Source of the DNA: Tagaea sp.
GTDB taxonomy: Bacteria; Pseudomonadota; Alphaproteobacteria; CACIAM-22H2
Direction: 5' to 3'
DNA: 64,000 bases
Assembly: GCA_965279525.1 (NCBI GenBank)
Contig: CBDIIB010000004.1
Coordinates: 256,001-320,000 of the forward strand
Shown here: positions 60,163-64,000 of the stretch, in pieces
How the letters are laid out: each line of letters starts with the position of its first letter
Numbering within the stretch: position 1 is the first letter of the stretch
Made by a program: the position numbers and the translations under genes
The notes under the pieces: generated by a model
Told to the model about the DNA's origin: nothing
The model's input: only the letters and a program-made list of their open reading frames with translations
Databases searched by the model: none

Positions 60163-60835
60163 ATTTGAACACGTCACCACGATCCGCAACGCACGTGGCG
60201 GAACCCATCCGGATCCGGTTTCCGCCGCAAGCTCGTTCTGGCAGCCGGGGCCGATGGGATCACGGCGAATCTTCGCGAAGATCGCCGCCATATCCGCGAC
60301 GACGAAACGCGCTGCCTGCATTACAAGATGGCGGCGACAGCCGAGATGGCATAGATCGCGCTGGAACTCCGGCCGCATGCCTGCCGCATTGTGCCTGAGC
60401 GGCGCGGCGAGATCACGACGGAGGGCGGACTCGACGTTGCCGACAATGAGGAGGCTCCGACCGGATACATCGACAGGCTCGCGGATGCTGGCATCCGGGT
60501 TTCCTTGTTTATCGACCCGACCGGCGCCAACTCGATGGCGCGAAGCGGGTCGCCGCACCCTTCGTGGAGCTTCACACCGGCGCCTATGCGCATTCAAGGG
60601 GACAAGTGGCGATGCACGGGCTACAGCGTGTGGCGACTGCGGCTTTGCATGCATCCGATATCGGCCTCGAGTGCCATGCTGGCCACGGACTCGATTTTGA
60701 CAATGTCGGCCGCGTCGCCGCAATCCCGCAGCTTGTCGAACTCGACATCGGCTATTTTGGTGTCGGCGAAGGCATATTCGGCGTACTGACCGGCACGGTC
60801 AGGACGATGCGCCCTCTGATGGACCGATCCCGGTC
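60143..60835 (+). pseudogene. pdxJ: Degraded pdxJ
   Basis: Fragments [53 protein letters not shown] spread over several frames, with an internal TAG and deletions. Confidence 0.88.
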
Positions 60836-60877
60836 TGCCGGAACGCGATCGGCCGGCAACGCCGCTCGGCGACCGCT

Positions 60878-60893
60878 CGTAACGAATTGTATC
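60878..60893 (-). promoter_or_regulatory. Putative OmpR-family tandem site, copy 2
   Basis: Minus strand GATACAATTCGTTACG upstream of the response regulator. Confidence 0.6.
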
Positions 60894-60954
60894 CAGTATA
60901 GGGATTTTGGCGACACCCAGCTAATCTTCAACAAGTCAAACTACGCCGAGAATC

Positions 60955-61665
60955 ATGACCGGCTCCAGCCATATCCTGGTCGTTGACGACGACACCGAGA
61001 TACGCGAACTGCTCAAGCGGTTCCTGTCGAAGAACGGGTTCCGCGTCAGCGTCGTCGCCGACGGCCCCCGTATGCGTGCCGTCTTGGCGGAGACGAAGGT
61101 AGATATCGTGGTCCTCGACGTGATGCTGCCGGGTGAGGACGGTCTGTCGCTCTGTCGGCGGATCCGGTCCGAGTCCGGCATTCCGATCATCATGCTCACG
61201 GCGATGGGCGATGATACCGATCGAATTGTCGGACTTGAGATGGGTGCGGACGATTATCTTGCCAAGCCGTTCAATCCGAGGGAATTGCTTGCCCGCATCA
61301 AGGCGATCCTGCGACGTAGCGGCCAAAGCGCTGTTCCGGGCGGCCTCAGCCGTCTGGAGTTCGAGGGCTGGAAGCTGGATCTTGCCAAACGCGAATTGAC
61401 GGCACCAGACGGACGTCTTGTCGACCTGACGGGCGGCGAGTTCGATCTGCTCGTCGCTTTTGTCGAGCATCCGCAGCGCACGTTGTCGCGCGACCAGCTT
61501 CTCGACCTGACACGTGGCAGGGCAAGCTCGCCGTTCGACCGCAGCATCGACATTCAGGTCAGTCGGCTGCGACAGAAAATCGAGGAGGACGCCAAAGAGC
61601 CGAAGCTGATCAAGACAGTCCGCAGTGTCGGATACATATTCTCGGCTCGGGTGGGTGTGCCTTGA
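60955..61665 (+). CDS. OmpR-family response regulator
   Basis: ILVVDDD, LDVMLPGEDG, GADDYLAKPF, DRSIDIQVSRLR, TVRSVGY. Confidence 0.95.
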   Translation: MTGSSHILVVDDDTEIRELLKRFLSKNGFRVSVVADGPRMRAVLAETKVDIVVLDVMLPGEDGLSLCRRIRSESGIPIIMLTAMGDDTDRIVGLEMGADDYLAKPFNPRELLARIKAILRRSGQSAVPGGLSRLEFEGWKLDLAKRELTAPDGRLVDLTGGEFDLLVAFVEHPQRTLSRDQLLDLTRGRASSPFDRSIDIQVSRLRQKIEEDAKEPKLIKTVRSVGYIFSARVGVP

Positions 61666-63011
61666 AAGTCGCGCGGCCTCGACTGCTTTCCAGTCTCGTC
61701 GCGCGTGCGATTGCGGTGCTGATTCTGGCCGTCTTCGTCTCGCACGGCCTGAGCATGGGACTCTATCACGTCGAGCTCACGGACCGATTGGCAGCGAGCC
61801 AAGAAACCCAGCTCGGCGAGAAACTTGCGGCGATCAAAGACCTTGTCGAATCGGCGCCTGAAAGCGCTCGCGAGACGATCGTCCATGCGATCGGTGGCTC
61901 GTCAATCGAGGCCCATTGGGATCGGCAAAGCGCCATCGCTGCTGTCGATAGTGGGGATTCCCGCTTTCGGGAGGCAGCCGCGCGTCTGGTCGAGCGGATT
62001 CCGGGCGCGCGACTGGATGATCTGCGACTGTCACACGGTTCGGACACCGGCTCAGCGTTCGAGCCGAATTTCCTGTTGGTTTCACTGCGTATCTCGGACG
62101 GCACCTGGGTCAATGCCAGTGTCAGTAAAAGTCATGTACCTGAAGGCGGACTGACAAGTGCCATCGTCTCGACGGTTCTGATGGCTCTCGCTGTCGTTCC
62201 GCTCGCCGTATGGCTGTTGCGGATCGCCATCCGTCCGCTGCGCGTTTTCTCCAAGGCTGCCGAGCGCCTGGGAAACGATATGAATGCGCCACCACTGCCC
62301 GAGCGAGGACCCGCCGAGGTCGTGCAGACGGCGCGCGCATTCAACGAGATGCAGCGGCGGATCCGCAAACTGCTCGGCGACCGGACGGCCATGTTGGCGG
62401 CCGTATCCCACGATCTCAGAACACCGATCACGCGGCTGCGCCTGCGCGCGGAACTTCTCGACGATACCGAGCAGCAACAGAAGATCGTCTCGGATATCGT
62501 CGAGATGGAGGAGATGGTCAACTCGACGCTTTCGTTCTTCCGCGACGATGCGATCGCTGAAGTCCGGCGGCCTTTAGATCTCAGCTCACTTGTTCGGACG
62601 ATTGTCGACGATTCGACGGATCTTGGCCACGACGCCAAACTCGAGCGCTGTGATCCTTGTGTCGTCAACGGCCGCCCGATCGCGCTCAAGCGCGCCCTCG
62701 TCAATCTGGTCGAGAATGCAGTCAAGTACGGCGATCGTGCGAGGATACGGCTTGTCGGTGAAGGGCATGATGCGATTCTGACGATCGAGGACGACGGTCC
62801 AGGTATCCCGGAGGCCCGCAAGGACGACGTGTTCGAGCCTTTTGTCCGCCTCGAAACCTCGCGCAGCAGGCAAACAGGCGGTGTCGGTCTCGGGCTCGCG
62901 CTCGTCCGTTCGGTGATCCGTGCACACGATGGGTCGGTCGGGATCGAGAACGTGCCGGATCAAGGGCTACGTGTCATCGTGACGCTACCAAAACTCCCGA
63001 CAAGCCCATGA
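61662..63011 (+). CDS. HAMP sensor histidine kinase (EnvZ-like)
   Basis: Two TMs, SHDLRTPI, NAVKY, DDGPGI, GVGLGL. Confidence 0.93.
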   Translation: MKVARPRLLSSLVARAIAVLILAVFVSHGLSMGLYHVELTDRLAASQETQLGEKLAAIKDLVESAPESARETIVHAIGGSSIEAHWDRQSAIAAVDSGDSRFREAAARLVERIPGARLDDLRLSHGSDTGSAFEPNFLLVSLRISDGTWVNASVSKSHVPEGGLTSAIVSTVLMALAVVPLAVWLLRIAIRPLRVFSKAAERLGNDMNAPPLPERGPAEVVQTARAFNEMQRRIRKLLGDRTAMLAAVSHDLRTPITRLRLRAELLDDTEQQQKIVSDIVEMEEMVNSTLSFFRDDAIAEVRRPLDLSSLVRTIVDDSTDLGHDAKLERCDPCVVNGRPIALKRALVNLVENAVKYGDRARIRLVGEGHDAILTIEDDGPGIPEARKDDVFEPFVRLETSRSRQTGGVGLGLALVRSVIRAHDGSVGIENVPDQGLRVIVTLPKLPTSP

Positions 63012-63466
63012 TTCAGAAATCGAGTGTCGCTGTAACTTCGGTTGTTGCAGCGATCGTCGGCGCTGGTGCCGTCATCTGGTTCGTGAACCGGTCGGCGGTG
63101 CCTGACGAATATCCTGCCGTGATCGCGACAGGTGCCAGGATCTATGCCGAATCATGTGCGGCCTGCCACGGCGCGCGTCTCGAAGGGCAGCCAGACTGGC
63201 GCAGCCGCAATGCCGCGGGCCGACTGCCTGCGCCTCCGCACGATGCTTCGGGCCATACATGGCATCATCCAATGAAAGTCCTGTTCGAAATAACGAAGTA
63301 CGGAGTCGGACGTTTCGCGGGCCCAGGTTACGTGTCCGACATGCCGGCATTCGAGGGGCGACTGTCGGATGACGAGATCCGCGCTGTCCTTGGATACATC
63401 CGTGCCCAGTGGCCCGAGGAGATCCGCAAGGTTCACGCTGAGATCGATCGAAAAAGTGGGTCGTAG
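63008..63466 (+). CDS. Monoheme cytochrome c
   Basis: CAACHG, PAPPHDASGHTWHH, SDMPAF. Confidence 0.9.
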   Translation: MIQKSSVAVTSVVAAIVGAGAVIWFVNRSAVPDEYPAVIATGARIYAESCAACHGARLEGQPDWRSRNAAGRLPAPPHDASGHTWHHPMKVLFEITKYGVGRFAGPGYVSDMPAFEGRLSDDEIRAVLGYIRAQWPEEIRKVHAEIDRKSGS

Positions 63467-63474
63467 GCGTCGTC

Positions 63475-63490
63475 GATACACTTCGTTACA
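63475..63490 (+). promoter_or_regulatory. Putative OmpR-family tandem site, copy 3
   Basis: GATACACTTCGTTACA upstream of the 63571 operon. Confidence 0.6.
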
Positions 63491-63570
63491 AAATCGGCTG
63501 ATGCACGAAACACCCCCGTTACAGCCAACAGTCAAACAAGGTCCAGTTCCGAGAGTAAGAAGGGATAGCC

Positions 63571-63900
63571 GTGTTTCATACCGGACCTGCATCCAAACCA
63601 ACCGATTTCTGCACCAGAGTGCTTGTAGTCGGGCTTGCCGTCGCTGCTTTTGCCGGCATGTCGGCAGTCGCGACAGCCCAGACACAGGTCCCGGAAGCTC
63701 CGCGGGTGGCTCCGAGCATGCTGGCCCCACTTGTGGAGCGGCCTGCCGCCAGTACAACGCGTAACGGGTCAGTCTTCGTGGCGCCACCGGCGATCGAAAA
63801 CGGAACGGAGACCGACTGGCGGAGTGCCAATGACGAAGCGGCACGTCTCGGTGGGCATATCGGTCAGCTTCGTGGCCGCCCGGCACAACCCCGTCCTTGA
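63571..63900 (+). CDS. Exported hypothetical protein of copper clusters
   Basis: Signal-like segment; DWRSANDEAARLGGH motif; start uncertain. Confidence 0.65.
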   Translation: MFHTGPASKPTDFCTRVLVVGLAVAAFAGMSAVATAQTQVPEAPRVAPSMLAPLVERPAASTTRNGSVFVAPPAIENGTETDWRSANDEAARLGGHIGQLRGRPAQPRP

Positions 63901-63919
63901 GCAGCGTGAAGCCAAATTC

Positions 63920-64000
63920 ATGAACAAGACCAACCCATGGCCTTTTCGGTCACTTGCCCGATTTGCGACTGTCGCTCTCGCCGGTTCACTTGTGGCGGGG
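63920..64000 (+). CDS. Start of a probable lipoprotein (possibly TolC-like), truncated by window end
   Basis: MNKTNPWPFRSLARFATVALAGSLVAG signal peptide ending in a lipobox-like LVAG; product inferred from context only. Confidence 0.4.
   Translation, partial: MNKTNPWPFRSLARFATVALAGSLVAG

Larger units (their letters stand above)
30107..64000. mobile_element. tRNA-Gln-integrated genomic island with copper/silver cargo (extends beyond window)
   Basis: att fragment, integrase plus excisionase, visibly more A/T-ending codons than the flank, IS481, metal-resistance cargo; other end not seen. Confidence 0.82.

Noticed and set aside
38420-60835. pdxJ copies as direct repeats bounding a composite element
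   Set aside because: The copies differ at many synonymous sites and by indels, and there are no terminal repeats or transposase at either copy
1-64000. CRISPR array, cas genes or other regularly spaced repeat-spacer arrays
   Set aside because: None seen on reading; the short repeat clusters found lack a constant repeat-spacer period

Overview
GC-rich alphaproteobacterial (Rhodospirillales-like) chromosome. Bases 1-30.1 kb are core genome: metY, MFS/DMT transporters, LysR, a kinase-like protein, icd, LOG, cytochromes c, LysM, psd-pssA, motA, two TPR/GT41 (SPINDLY-like) glycosyltransferases, rodA, a frameshifted FkbM methyltransferase, a BciB-like reductase and a sensor kinase. At 30107-30154 a 3' fragment of tRNA-Gln(CTG) marks an att site. 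From there an integrative island runs past the window end. Its backbone carries an integrase, an excisionase, an XRE-HTH/Lon-like AAA pair around a palindromic operator, an origin-like repeat array, an IS481 and a second atypical tyrosine recombinase. Its cargo is a large copper/silver module: two P1B ATPases, cusBA, cueR, copZ, a two-component system and several small uncharacterised genes. The most striking observation is a CueR-type promoter that appears to head a copZ-aapJQMP-metC-pdxA-(pdxJ pseudogene) run, with an intact second pdxJ elsewhere in the island. This suggests a copper-induced amino-acid import / C-S lyase / vitamin B6 module. All calls come from reading the sequence and recalling family motifs; no searches were run.
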